Shown here: positions 1 through 11,298 of the stretch, one piece after another
Layout of the letters: every line of letters starts with the position of its first letter
How positions within the stretch are numbered: the first letter of the stretch is position 1
Assembly: GCF_000400465.1 (NCBI RefSeq)
Contig: NW_008806280.1
Span: forward strand, 240,001 to 302,000
Length of the DNA: 62,000 nt
Source of the DNA: Wallemia ichthyophaga EXF-994
Taxonomy: Eukaryota > Fungi > Basidiomycota
Direction: 5' to 3'
Program-made: the position numbers and the translations under genes
The notes under the pieces: model-generated
Database searches by the model: none
Told to the model about the DNA's origin: nothing
What the model saw: only the letters and a program-made list of their open reading frames with translations

Positions 1-3000
1 CCGTAGCTTCCGAGCTTACTGATCCTCTTGATGTGAGTACTTCCTAATTGGTTTGCGTTTCTAACCCTTGCATAGATCGATACGCGTGTTTACAACCCGC
101 CTGCTCCATTTCCCACTGCTCATCATACTCTTCAAGCAGATCTTACTTACAGAGGTGCCGTTGTAAACGCCTTCGTTTACGTGCACCTATCTTTACATGA
201 GATCAGCAAGCGCTTGAGTAAACGACAAGGTCGTTATAAGTGAGTGTCTTTCACGTTTTGAGATTATTGCTCATGTGATTCAGCTATGTCACTCCTCGAC
301 ACTACTTGGATTTTATTGACCAATACGTTAAGTTGTTCAATGAAAAGCGTAATGAACTGGAAGAGCAACAGCGTCATTTGAATGTTGGTTTAGATAAACT
401 ACGCGATACGGTAGTTCAAGTTGATGAACTTCAAAAAAGCTTAGCCGTAAAAGACACTCAATTGAAAGCCAAAGTTGCCGAGGGAGATGAAAAATTAGCC
501 AAAATGCTTGAAGAGCAGAAACAGGCCGAGAGCAACAAAGCTACCTCAATCCAAATTCAAAGTCAGCTTCAAGAACAGAACAAAAACATAGCGCAGAGGA
601 AAGAGGTTGTTATGACTGATCTTGCTGATGCTGAACCAGCTGTTAAAAGTGCACAGGAGTCCGTTAGTAATATCAAGAAGCAACATCTCACAGAAGTCAG
701 ATCTATGGGTAACCCTCCAGAAGGTGTCAAGCTCGCTATGGAATCCGTTTGCACCGTACTGGGACATAAACTTGATGGTTGGAAGACCGTTCAGGGTATC
801 ATCAGAAGAGATGATTTTATCCATTCAATCGTTAACTTCGACACTACCAAGCAAATGTCTAAGAGCCTCAGCGATCGTATTAAAAATGAGTTCATGTCGA
901 GACCTAAGTACAACTTCGAAGACATTAATCGTGCATCGAAAGCATGTGGACCTTTAGTTAAATGGGTTATTGCTCAAGTACACTTTGCGGAGATACTCGA
1001 CAGGGTCGGTCCACTTAGGAACGAGGTGCACTATCTCGAAGAAAAGAGTTTGCACACACAGAAGCAAGCCAGCACTATAATTGACATGATCAAAGAGCTC
1101 GAAGACAGCATAGGAAAGTACAAGGACGAGTATGCAGGCCTAATTTCGGAACAGCAAGCTATTAAGAGTGAGACTGAGCGCGTACAGAAAAAAGTCGAAA
1201 GAAGTAAAACATTGTTGAGTTCACTTTCAGCCGAGCAAGATCGTTGGGAGACAAGCTCAAAGACATTCGAGTCTCAAATGAGTACGATTGTTGGAGACGT
1301 ACTTCTATCAGCTGCTTTCCTCGCATATGCTGGCTTCTTTGACCAACAGTACAGAGAAGCAATGTGGAATGGCTGGGTTACATATATGAATGATGCTGGT
1401 ATTAAATTCAAACAGGAGCTCTCGTTCGCCGACTATCTCTCGACTGCCGATGACAGACTTAGCTGGCAATCTAAATCTCTTCCAGCAGATACTCTCTGTA
1501 CAGAGAATGCCATCATGATGAGTCGTTTTAACAGGTTCCCACTCATCATTGATCCATCTGGTCAAGCATCTAATTTCCTTATCAACGAGTATAAAGGTTC
1601 GAACAGAAAATTGAGTGTGACCAGCTTTTCGGACAACTCATTCCTAAAGCAGCTGGAATCAGCAATGAGATTCGGTAATCCAATACTCGTTCAGGATGTA
1701 GAGTTTTTGGATCCGATCATTAACCCAATATTAAACAAGGAGATTCGAAGAAGTGGTGGTCGTGTACTTATTCGTGTTGGTAATCAAGACATCGACTACT
1801 CGCCTGCCTTCAACATGTTCCTAATGACACGTGATCCAAGTGTCGAATTCAGTCCAGATGTTTGCAGTAGAGTAACGTTCGTAAACTTTACCATGACGAG
1901 AAGCTCTCTCCAATCTCAATCTCTAGACCAAGTGCTCAAATCAGAAAGACCAGACGTAGATGCAAAGAGAACAAATCTTCTCAAACTACAGGGCGAGTTC
2001 AGACTGCGGTTGCACTTCTTGGAAAAAGGTCTGCTACAGGCGCTGAATGAGTCAACTGGTAACATTCTTGATGATGACAAAGTCATTGAAACTCTCGAAA
2101 CACTGAAGAAAGAGGCTGCTGATGTTACGGTTCAAGTTGAGGATACTGATACAACTATGGCGGAGGTAGATCATGTGACTTCTGAGTACCAGCCGCTTGC
2201 ATCTGCTTGCTCATCTGTGTTCTTTGTTATGGATCAATTGAATCTCATCAACCACTTTTATCAATTTTCTTTGAGGTTCTTTTCAGATATTTTTGATTTC
2301 ATCATACGTCAAAATCCTCATTTGAGCGGAATTACAGACCATAAAGAGAGACTAGACGTCCTCACTAATGACCTCTTTCTGGTCACATTTCAACGCACCT
2401 CTAGATCGTTGTTACACGTTGACCATGCTATGTTAGCAGTCTTACTTGCTCAAGTTAAGTTAAGAACTTTAGCCGGAGCCTACGATGAGGATGAGTTCGA
2501 TTTTCTTATTGAAGGTGGCGACTCTTTAGCTGGCAAGACTTCGGCCGCAAATGAGTTCGAGAGCGTCTTCAATGATGAGCAGGCTGCGAAAATAGAGTTA
2601 CTTACTACTCGCATACCATCATTAACTGACTTGAAGGCCGATATCAGGAACAATTTGAAAGAATGGGAGAGTTTCCTTGAAGCCAATCAACCCGAACTTA
2701 AGACACCTCTCGTTCATAGTGAAGGTTTGCCAGGTAGGTCAGCAGTCTGCTCAAAGATGATCATTGACAATAATTGACAGCACCAATTCGTGAAGTGAGG
2801 GATCTGCTCATTATAAAGTGTCTCCGTCCAGACAGAATTATACAAGCAACGTCACTCTTTGTCAATAGTGTCTTCCACTCCGACTTAGCTAACTTGGCAT
2901 CGTACAACTTCCAGAATCTGGTCCAAAAAGAGGTTGGACCCCAAACTCCGGTTGCACTATGCTCCGTACCCGGTTATGATGCATCTTATCGAGTGGATAA

Positions 3001-4816
3001 CCTTGTCAGCGGTTTGGGTATCAAGTGTACATCAGTAGCGATGGGTTCGCCAGAGGGTTTTAAGCAGGCAGAGCAAGCAATATCTCAATCGTCTAGAGCT
3101 GGTCACTGGGTGTTGCTAAAAAATGTACATTTAGCTCCTGGATGGCTCACTCAAGTCGAGAAAAAACTCCAAACGCTCAACCCTACGCCAAACTTTAGGC
3201 TTTTCTTGACTATGGAGACAAACCCACTGGTACCTATCAATATACTCCGTCAGTCGAGGATTGTTATGAATGAACCCCCTCCCGGTATTAGAGCAAACAT
3301 CTTAGAGACACTGAGAAATATACCATCTCTGAGTATACAGAACGGACCAGTTGAAAAGATGAGACTGTACTTTTTACTAGCATGGTTCCATGCAGTGATT
3401 CAGGAGCGACTAAGATACTGTCCTCTTGGTTGGAGTAAATTGTATGAGTTCAATGACTCAGACCAGGCTAGTGCTCTGAAAATGATAGACACTTGGACCA
3501 ACAGAGTGGCCAAAGGAAGGTCAAACGTAGATCCTAACACCTTCCCGTGGGAGGCGATCAGAACTTTGTTAAAAGAATCTGTCTATGGTGGGAGAATTGA
3601 TAGAGAATTTGATCAGGAGCTACTCAACACGTTTGTTGACAAGATATTCACGCCTGAAGCATATGAGCTTGATTTCCAACTTGCACCAGCGGTAGACGGT
3701 CAACCCGATTTAGTTATACCTGAAGGAACTAAATTGGAACAATTTATAAGGTGGGCTGAAAGATTGCCAGAAAGAGAGCCAATCACCTGGCTCAACTTGC
3801 CAATCACAGCTGAGAAAGTAATTGCTATTGCTCATGGCACTGCTCTATTTGGGAAGTTACGTAAGATGAAGAGTTTGTCCGATGATGATGAAACTGTTAT
3901 TGTTAGTACAAGTGAAGAGAGTACTCAACAGCCCGTCTGGATGCGTAATTTGATGACTAAGTGCCAAGAGTGGTTGGGTTTGTTGCCAAGTGTGAGTACT
4001 TGTCAATTAATTTTGGAAATGCTAACAAGAGCTCAGGAAATCGCACAATTTGATTCTGACGCTTCACGAGCACAAGACCCAATTTTCAGATTCTTTAAGA
4101 GGGAGTCAGATCTCGGTAGAAAGCTTTACAGTGCTGTTAGAGGCGATCTTGAAGACTTGACTGGTGTTTGTAAAGGTGAACTCAAGCAGACTAATCACCT
4201 TCGCACTCTTATGAGTGACCTGACTAAGGGTGAGTTTTATTGATGGTGATTTTGTCATTAGCTAATCACCAAACTAGGCACTGTGCCAAGTAATTGGAAA
4301 GCCTATAAAGTTCCTAGCAGTTGGACTATTACACAATGGCTGCCTGATTTCGCGTTACGTTTACAGCAAATTCAAAGGTTATCCAACGAGCAAAACTCAC
4401 TTTCACAATCAACGATTTGGTTCGGTGGTCTTTTCTTCCCAGGCTCATTCCTTACCGCGACACGTCAAGACAGTGCGCACAGAACGCGAGTCTCTTTAGA
4501 AGAGCTGCATTTAGAGCTGTATATCAATGACACAAACAAGGGCGGATTTGCAGTTGAAGGACTATACCTTGAGGGTGCTGTTTACGTGGATGATAAACTT
4601 TGCGCGACTAATATTGATCCTGTGAGATTGCGTACGTGCAAGCTGAAGTGGACAGCAATACAGAATCAAGTGCTACAAAATCCCGTTACCATACCTGTAT
4701 ACCTCAACCACAAAGACAGAGAGGTGGTGTTGTTCAGTGTAAAACTGAGCGCTGAAGATACTTTGTCTCAAGCAAAAGCTACTCAACGGTCGATATGTTT
4801 GACAGCAAGTGTGTAG
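1..4816 (+). CDS. DYN1: Cytoplasmic dynein heavy chain, C-terminal part (AAA4 end, stalk/microtubule-binding domain, AAA5, AAA6, C-terminal domain); 5'-partial, multi-exon
   Basis: YVTPRHYLDFI, stalk EPAV..A..SV, PLIIDPSGQA, G.PILVQDVE, WVLLKNVHLAPGW, FHAVIQERLRY, YGGRID. GT-AG introns at 33-75, 240-283, 2734-2780, 3992-4036 and 4230-4277 join the ORF pieces; stop TAG at 4816. Confidence 0.97.
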
Positions 4817-7481
4817 AGTGTTGGGCTCAGTTGTTTGCTAGGTATGAAAGCGATAGAAGAGGAAGTCATGCAACCGAATGTTTTTATTTAAACTAGTTTG
4901 ATTCAATTCTGATACATCATATTTATACGCACTAGAAATAATTATGCTCGTGTTTTAACAGAAACGTATCTTGCAGATTTCAACAGCAAAGCGCGATAGT
5001 ATCTGAACGCACCCAAGATCAAACTTAAAAAACATGATCATATTTTGGTAACGCCTTTCTCATCTAAAAAATACTCAATAACCTACAAAGCAACCAGATG
5101 AGTGAAGACTCGAACTTGCTTTAAGCGTCTCGTGCTTATTAAATTGTAGCGCTATTAATCATCAATCTGGATTCCCCCTGGCTTGCATCAATGATGTCAC
5201 CGGTGTCGTATATCAGTGCGGTTTCGTGGAGATTCGGGCCATGCTAATACTGAATAAGAGCCCAACCTTTCAAATAGTCACTTTGCTTGAATAGACATTT
5301 CTTCCCATGCGCGTTTGTTGAATGGGCTGTAATTTTAAGGTGAGTAAGAAAAAAGACTTGAGCGGCTTCAAGACGGTTAAAGACGGTTTGAAGCGTAATA
5401 GTGTAACTGATTTCATCTGAATAAACACATTTAAAGTCCATATGCTTCATAACTTCTCATTAATCTCACTTTACAGTATTACAATTGATCGTCGCAGAGC
5501 AGCAATAGCTCAAATACGGTCAATTACTCGCAAACTCAAAACGGGACAACTACTAAGTCATATATATGCATAAATTACTCGAGAAAGCTAGTTGTTCCCC
5601 TAAATATCAGAACATCGCAAAGTAAAGCATGTCATCTCCGAATCGAGAATGGCCTGCTCAATGACGTGTTGGTGATAGCACTGTGAGTAATGGAAGCTTG
5701 ATAAAGTTTGTTAGAATTCTGGAGCTATCAATTTTGCGATCAATTCGAGATTGAGTTTATCGTACATATCATACCGATGTCTTTTATACTAATCCAGCTA
5801 GATATGGCATGTTTCAGGGAGGATAACCTGGTCTAAAAATTATGAATTATACTCTTATGCCTTCTGCAATTCCAACGCAGCCTTAATCGCCTTCACATTT
5901 CCATGATTTAAAATCTTGAAATCCACCTGGTGAAGCTAAAAGTCGTGATTTCAGAGTTGGGCTGACCCTCCCTTTTTTCTTTTAATAAATTCCGTATAAT
6001 TGGCTTGCAATGATCCGAGATGATATTGAAATTACTTTTCCCCCGAAGCCAGCATTAAGCTCGGTGGAAGCTAATCTTTGTAAAAGTAAATCGCGCTCAT
6101 AGAGCCGAATAATTCAAATTTTTGGATGCTTGAGGTCTCAAAACGCCAGTTTAACTTGTATTTATCGATGAAGCACGTATAATCTTCCATGTATATCCTA
6201 CAGCGTGCTCCAGAGCGATGTCGGATTACAACTTCCGAACAGCCTAAAGGGCACAATTGAAGGCTCAGGGATATAATTCTGCAAATTCTTGTTAAGCTCA
6301 ACCAGCGCTATTCATGAAGCTTTTTTATTCGGAGATCATCAAAACTCGTAAATCAGCCATCTGAGATAAGATAGGGGTCGAGAAATGCAACTCGGTGGAT
6401 GTTGAGCGTAGGGCTGATACGGGAATAAATCTAGCATGCTGAATATAATAGAACAAAATCTTGGTATCGCTAAGTTGCTCAAATTGTCAGTGTACGGTTT
6501 CTCTGTGTTCTTTTTCCCATTTACTTGGTCATTTGCATGGTGCCTCGAGCATACTTAATTTGCGAGAGTTCCTAGTAATGTTTATAGTTTCCAAACATAT
6601 CATATTGCACCTTCAAATTCTTCTGCCGTCCCAAAAACTCCTCCAGACTTTGTCATTGATTGTCGCAGATTGTATTGATGTGGGTCGCGGCAGAGTATAT
6701 ATCTATCAAAATATGTGCAAGTATTTAAATGTTTATAATATCAAACGATAAGTTTTCAATGCTATTAATTCTGTGATTGAGTGGAGAGCACAAACAAGAA
6801 GACCTGTTATAGGCAAAGTGAATCATTACCTAAAGCGGCGAAACAGGTAAGATATGATTCCAATCAAGACTTGTGAATCTCGACCGGGCTCTTTTCCAGG
6901 TTTTACATTTGGATATAATCGAAAGTCATGAATGCACGACCTGAGATGACATCTGTGGCTTGAGGGAGAAATCAAGTCATTAGAACTTAAGGAGATGGGA
7001 GTATATTTGGAATACTGAAAATACTAAGAGACCGTTGGTTTTAAGAATGCGACTTAAACGTGCTCACTTCTCACTTGTAGTTCATTTGTGGGGTGATCTG
7101 AGCATTTATAAATTACTGGAGCGACAGCTATAACCTATTGTATTAATGTCATTACACCTCCAAGCCCTTCTGCCAACTCATAAGTAAACCTGAATCGCAG
7201 GTTGGGCTTTGAAGGTCGTAACCGGAGAAACACCTGCCAGAATATATTTGAGAATTCAGTGTATCAGAATTGTATGTCAAGCTGCTCTACGTATTCATCT
7301 TGCTGGTAATTTGTGGCAGAGCAGAACGAAGAAGACAGCTCAAGGCAGGAACCGATGAAAAAGACAGCAAATTAGGGTAAAATTAATAGCGTCTGCTTGC
7401 AGAATCGCTTTCTGTTTGTCTTAATTTTCCAAGTGCGAGTCTGATAATCTCAATCCACCCATTCCACCCATTCCACCATCA
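4817..7481. other. Gene-free island of about 2.7 kb containing possible decayed coding remnants
   Basis: No recognisable gene over 2.66 kb, while other intergenic gaps here are mostly under 150 nt. Contains long frames broken by single stops and one orphan canonical intron (6847-6899, +). Confidence 0.5.
7455..7480 (+). repeat. Short tandem repeat (CCACCCATT)x2 plus a partial copy, directly upstream of the AP-3 beta start codon
   Basis: ccacccatt ccacccatt ccaccatc, then a-ATG at 7482. Confidence 0.7.
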
Positions 7482-9890
7482 ATGGACGTTTTCAAAAGGT
7501 TTCAACAGCGGATCCACGAGAATATTGCTGAGTCTACGAGGTGATTATATAGCAAGTCAAAGCGCATCAAAGCTCATTACCAACAGAGATTTCGATTTCG
7601 GCTCAACCGTTCGCATAGCAGATGCACCCAACGATAAGCTCTCAGACATAATCCCAAAGCTTTCATCAAAAGAAGAGCACGAAATCAAGCATGCTTTGAA
7701 GCGTGTCTTGGTCCTTTTATCTCACAATAGGGATTTGTCTTCCTTGTTTCCGTCAATTGTCAAGCTGGTATCTTCAAGGGATCTGCACATAAAGATATTG
7801 GCGTACGTTTATCTGACGAGATATGCCCGACTATGTCCAGATCTTGCGATGCTCAGTGTTAATTCATTCCAAAAAGACTCAAGTCATCAGTCACCCCTAG
7901 TGAGAGCTCAGTCGATAAGAGTTTTATCGAGTATAAGCTCCGAGGAAGTTGCGCCTATTTGCATGCTATGTGTCAAGCGTGCTGCAACTGATTCCAATCC
8001 TTACGTCCGCAAAGCAGCTGCGCTGGCAATAGCCAAGTGTTACGAGTAAGGATCTTCACAAGATGTATCTTTGAAATACTCATAAATCACAGACTGGATG
8101 ACTCTTCATACGATGAGCAGAAAGAATTGTCTTTGAAGCTGATGAGATGTGCATCGTCGATCCCGATCGGTGCCGCTGCTTACGCTTTTATCAAAATACA
8201 CCCCGATATTGATGATCTCAACGATAACTTATCGGCATTACATTCATTGTTTAGGCACTTGGTCAGACAGCTAGTGGACTGCGAAGAATGGTCTCAATTA
8301 ATCGTTTTGGATTTGCTGGCCAGATACAGCAGAGTGTTTTTGCCTCGACCATTAGAGGAGGATTCTGTAGACAAAGATATGAAGGATCTACTCATGGGAT
8401 GTGAGTATCTCTTAAGCAGTCCTAATCCAGCCGTGAGTGACATTAACGCTATCTTCCCTTACTGACATGATCCAGGTCGCAGCCACTGCTTCCAAAACAC
8501 TTCTTACGCTTGGATCTACCACCTACCGAAGCAAGGCTCTCAAGTGCTTGATGCGCTTGAGGAAGGAATCGCCTGAAATGTCGGCATACGTCATGTTAAC
8601 TTTACAGCTGATATCAGAGAAACAACCGGTGCGTATTGAGAGATATCTGAACATACCTAACAAACTTCAGGAATCGGTCACTCCGTTTTTTCAATCTCTT
8701 TTCATCGTTAAAAGTGACACAGATTATACCAAGATAATCAAACTAAACATACTACAAAATTTAATGAAAGTCTTGGATGACTCTCAGCTCACAATGCTAG
8801 CGAAGGAGCTCTCAGTAAGTTAAATCCTGTTTTTTTTTCACCTAACCCCTGTTAGAATCATACCCTTGATCCTGATACAAAATTTGCAGCTGAGGTGATT
8901 GAGACGATCGGCAGCTTGTCATGTGCATCAAAAAGAGCGTCAGAAGTTGCCTTCAAGACGCTCACAGATTGTTCAACTGCAACAAACAAGTTACTAAGTC
9001 ATCAATCCATCATACAATTGAGTAATTTTGTCCCTGATCTCTTGCAAGGATCATGGAATCTACGTAGACTATTAAAGCGGATGTTCAATGGAAGAGTAGT
9101 AGACGATGATGCCCGTGCGACTTTAGTTTGGGTTGTCAGTGAAGTAGTACAGAAGCCGCCCCAAAATGAACTGAACGAGCTGGATGGTATGTCAGTCTGG
9201 AAGTATGGTCCTGATGTACTGCGTAGCTGCGTAAAGGGATTCTCCGAAGAAGGCAGCAAGACACAGACCCAAATTCTCAATCTAGCGGCCAAAATGATGG
9301 CGATCTTACCTGATATAAGAAGTGTACAGGCAATGGCCCGCAAAGTTTTCATAGATTCGGCTGATTTTGACCATGTAAAGTCCATGGACATCGAATCACT
9401 TGATGGACTTAATAGGAGACATTCGATTATGAATACGGTGGCGGGATTGTATGGAGAAGTGCCTGAGCAAGGCGATCAAGCACCTAGAGTACTTTTACGT
9501 CGCAACCAAGCTAATGCTATACTCACAAATATGGCCACAAACTCGAGTGTGATGCACAAAATGACAAGTTCCATCAAAAACAACAACATGGTGCGGATTC
9601 AGACAGATACTTACTTGAATAGCCTACCAGAATGGTCAACTGAAGGTTTGCCTGGTCCTGAAGTGAGAGAAGTAAAGCAGAGTGAGGCTAATCAAGCCGA
9701 TGAGGCTTTAACGATGCCGGTAATGAGTAATGAGATTGCAGCGTACAATGCAGAGGTAGAAACCATACTCGCACAAAATGCGGATTACGAAGATGATGAA
9801 CCTGTAGATACCACAGATAAAGCGGCAGATGACGACCTAGAGAGGTTTTTGGAGAGTGATGGAAATCTCACGAGCGATGTAGATGATTAA
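7482..9890 (+). CDS. APL6: AP-3 adaptor complex beta subunit (adaptin N-terminal trunk), multi-exon
   Basis: LFPSIVKLVSS, AYVYLTRYA..PDLAMLSVNSFQKD, PLVRAQSIRVLSSI, PYVRKAAALAIAKCY. ATG 7482 (MDVFKRF), first intron 7541-7586; acidic C-terminus. Confidence 0.88.
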
Positions 9891-9937
9891 TTGGTAAACT
9901 TGTATACAATAAATAGTTTAAAACGAGTAAAGATGAG

Positions 9938-10589
9938 TTAGAGTCTTTTTAATCCTTTCTTCTTTGCGTTTGCCTCCTTGGACTTCAAAGGTTGCTTTGC
10001 AGGTTGGTTTTCTTGTTTGGTTGAAGGCTCGATCGGAGCATTTGAGAGGGGCTGATTCTCGATTTGGGAAGGAGAAGAGTCGAACTCGATAGGGCGGCTT
10101 CTTGCGTGAATAGAAGTCATCATTTTCGCGTGATTGAAGTAGTCTTGATAACTCTCCTGAAGTAACTTTCCCGCTTCTTCATCGAGAGCAGAATCAGGGC
10201 CTGGGTAGATCAAGAGACACTTGATTGTAACAAGGATGTGCTCTATACCGAATTCAGGTCTCCAGTCCTTCTTGAGGGTGGAAACGCAGATCTCACCGGT
10301 CTTGCTGATATTTGGGTGGAATATCTTGGTTAGCATCCTGCCTAGATAACTGTAAGCGTGGGTTTACATAATCAATTATCCGCGTACAATTTGGTGGACT
10401 GTTTGGGAAGTCAGCACCAAAGTTGAACTTGACTTTGAAGAAGCCGTCCTCGTATGGGGTGCCTTCCGGTCCTTGGACGTAGCCGACAACATCAAACACG
10501 TCCGAATCGCTGAAGGATATCCTGATATTGTCTGGTGGGTTTTGTTTGAGCTGTATACATTCCTTTGCGATCCGACGTGCGATGGACAT
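9938..10589 (-). CDS. UBE2S: Ubiquitin-conjugating enzyme E2 S (APC/C chain-elongating E2), 2 exons
   Basis: [53 protein letters not shown] and the basic C-terminal peptide KKGLKRL typical of UBE2S. Confidence 0.92.
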
Positions 10590-10629
10590 ATTGTTATGAA
10601 TTAAAGATACAAACCGCGTTAGGAAATGC

Positions 10630-11292
10630 TCAAAAATAATAATTAAAATCTCCCATGTATATTGTAATGGCTTTGAATTTACCAGACATCCAGTTTTCCT
10701 CTACTTCGACTGCGTCGTCCAGCTGGCTGATGTCTTGTAGCGTTGTGTTTCTCGGCAGAAACATACAGACATTCGGTGTGATTGCCTTGGCTCTGCGAAC
10801 GAGCTCCGCGCCGGTCACAGGCATTAGGCTATCCAGCGTGAAGGTATCCATGTAGTTTATCCCACCCCAGGGCGGCGAGTAGAAGATAACGTCAATATTG
10901 TAATCAAACTTGTACTCGTTAACCCAACTAATATAATCTTGCTGTATAAACTCTATCCTGTCTTCAACGCCGTAGATTCTCGCGTTATGCCTCGCCAATT
11001 CAATTTTAACCGGATCAATGTCTATAGCTATCACCCGCTCGCAGGTGAAGGCAAAGGAGATGGCATTACCGCCAACTCCGCAGAAAGCGTCAACGATCGT
11101 TCCGCATCGGCATCGTTCAGCCGTTTGCATCGCGATTAGCTCTGGTGTGACCGAGTACCACGACTCTTCATCGAGAATGATGCCCTGGTCATATTGGCTA
11201 AATAGCCTGTTCCTTTGGTAATAATATTTAAGCAGATGCTCGGGCACCTGCGACTTGTCCGTGTAAATAAGCTCTTTGTACTTGTCTTCCAT
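10630..11292 (-). CDS. TGS1: Trimethylguanosine synthase (cap hypermethylase), single exon
   Basis: KYYYQRNRLFS, ESWYSVTPE.IA, IVDAFCGVGGNAI, SPPWGG catalytic motif. Confidence 0.95.
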   Translation of the reverse strand: MEDKYKELIYTDKSQVPEHLLKYYYQRNRLFSQYDQGIILDEESWYSVTPELIAMQTAERCRCGTIVDAFCGVGGNAISFAFTCERVIAIDIDPVKIELARHNARIYGVEDRIEFIQQDYISWVNEYKFDYNIDVIFYSPPWGGINYMDTFTLDSLMPVTGAELVRRAKAITPNVCMFLPRNTTLQDISQLDDAVEVEENWMSGKFKAITIYMGDFNYYF

Positions 11293-11298
11293 CGGGCG

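Noticed and set aside
1-305. Possibility that this is a stand-alone second half of a split dynein heavy chain (as in Ustilago and Agaricomycetes)
   Set aside because: The reading frame stays open through spliced exons to the window edge with no start in view, so this cannot be decided from this window.
3992-4036. Apparent peptide insertions in ORF-track proteins (also 8629-8670, 33395-33442 and 40774-40824)
   Set aside because: These are stop-free introns of 3n length with normal donor, branch and acceptor signals; a handful among about 100 introns is expected by chance.
6580-6660. Minus-strand MTKSGGVFGTAEEFEGAI* resembling a MuDR/MULE transposase N-terminal motif
   Set aside because: Only about 14 residues, with no terminal inverted repeats, target-site duplication or DDE domain visible.
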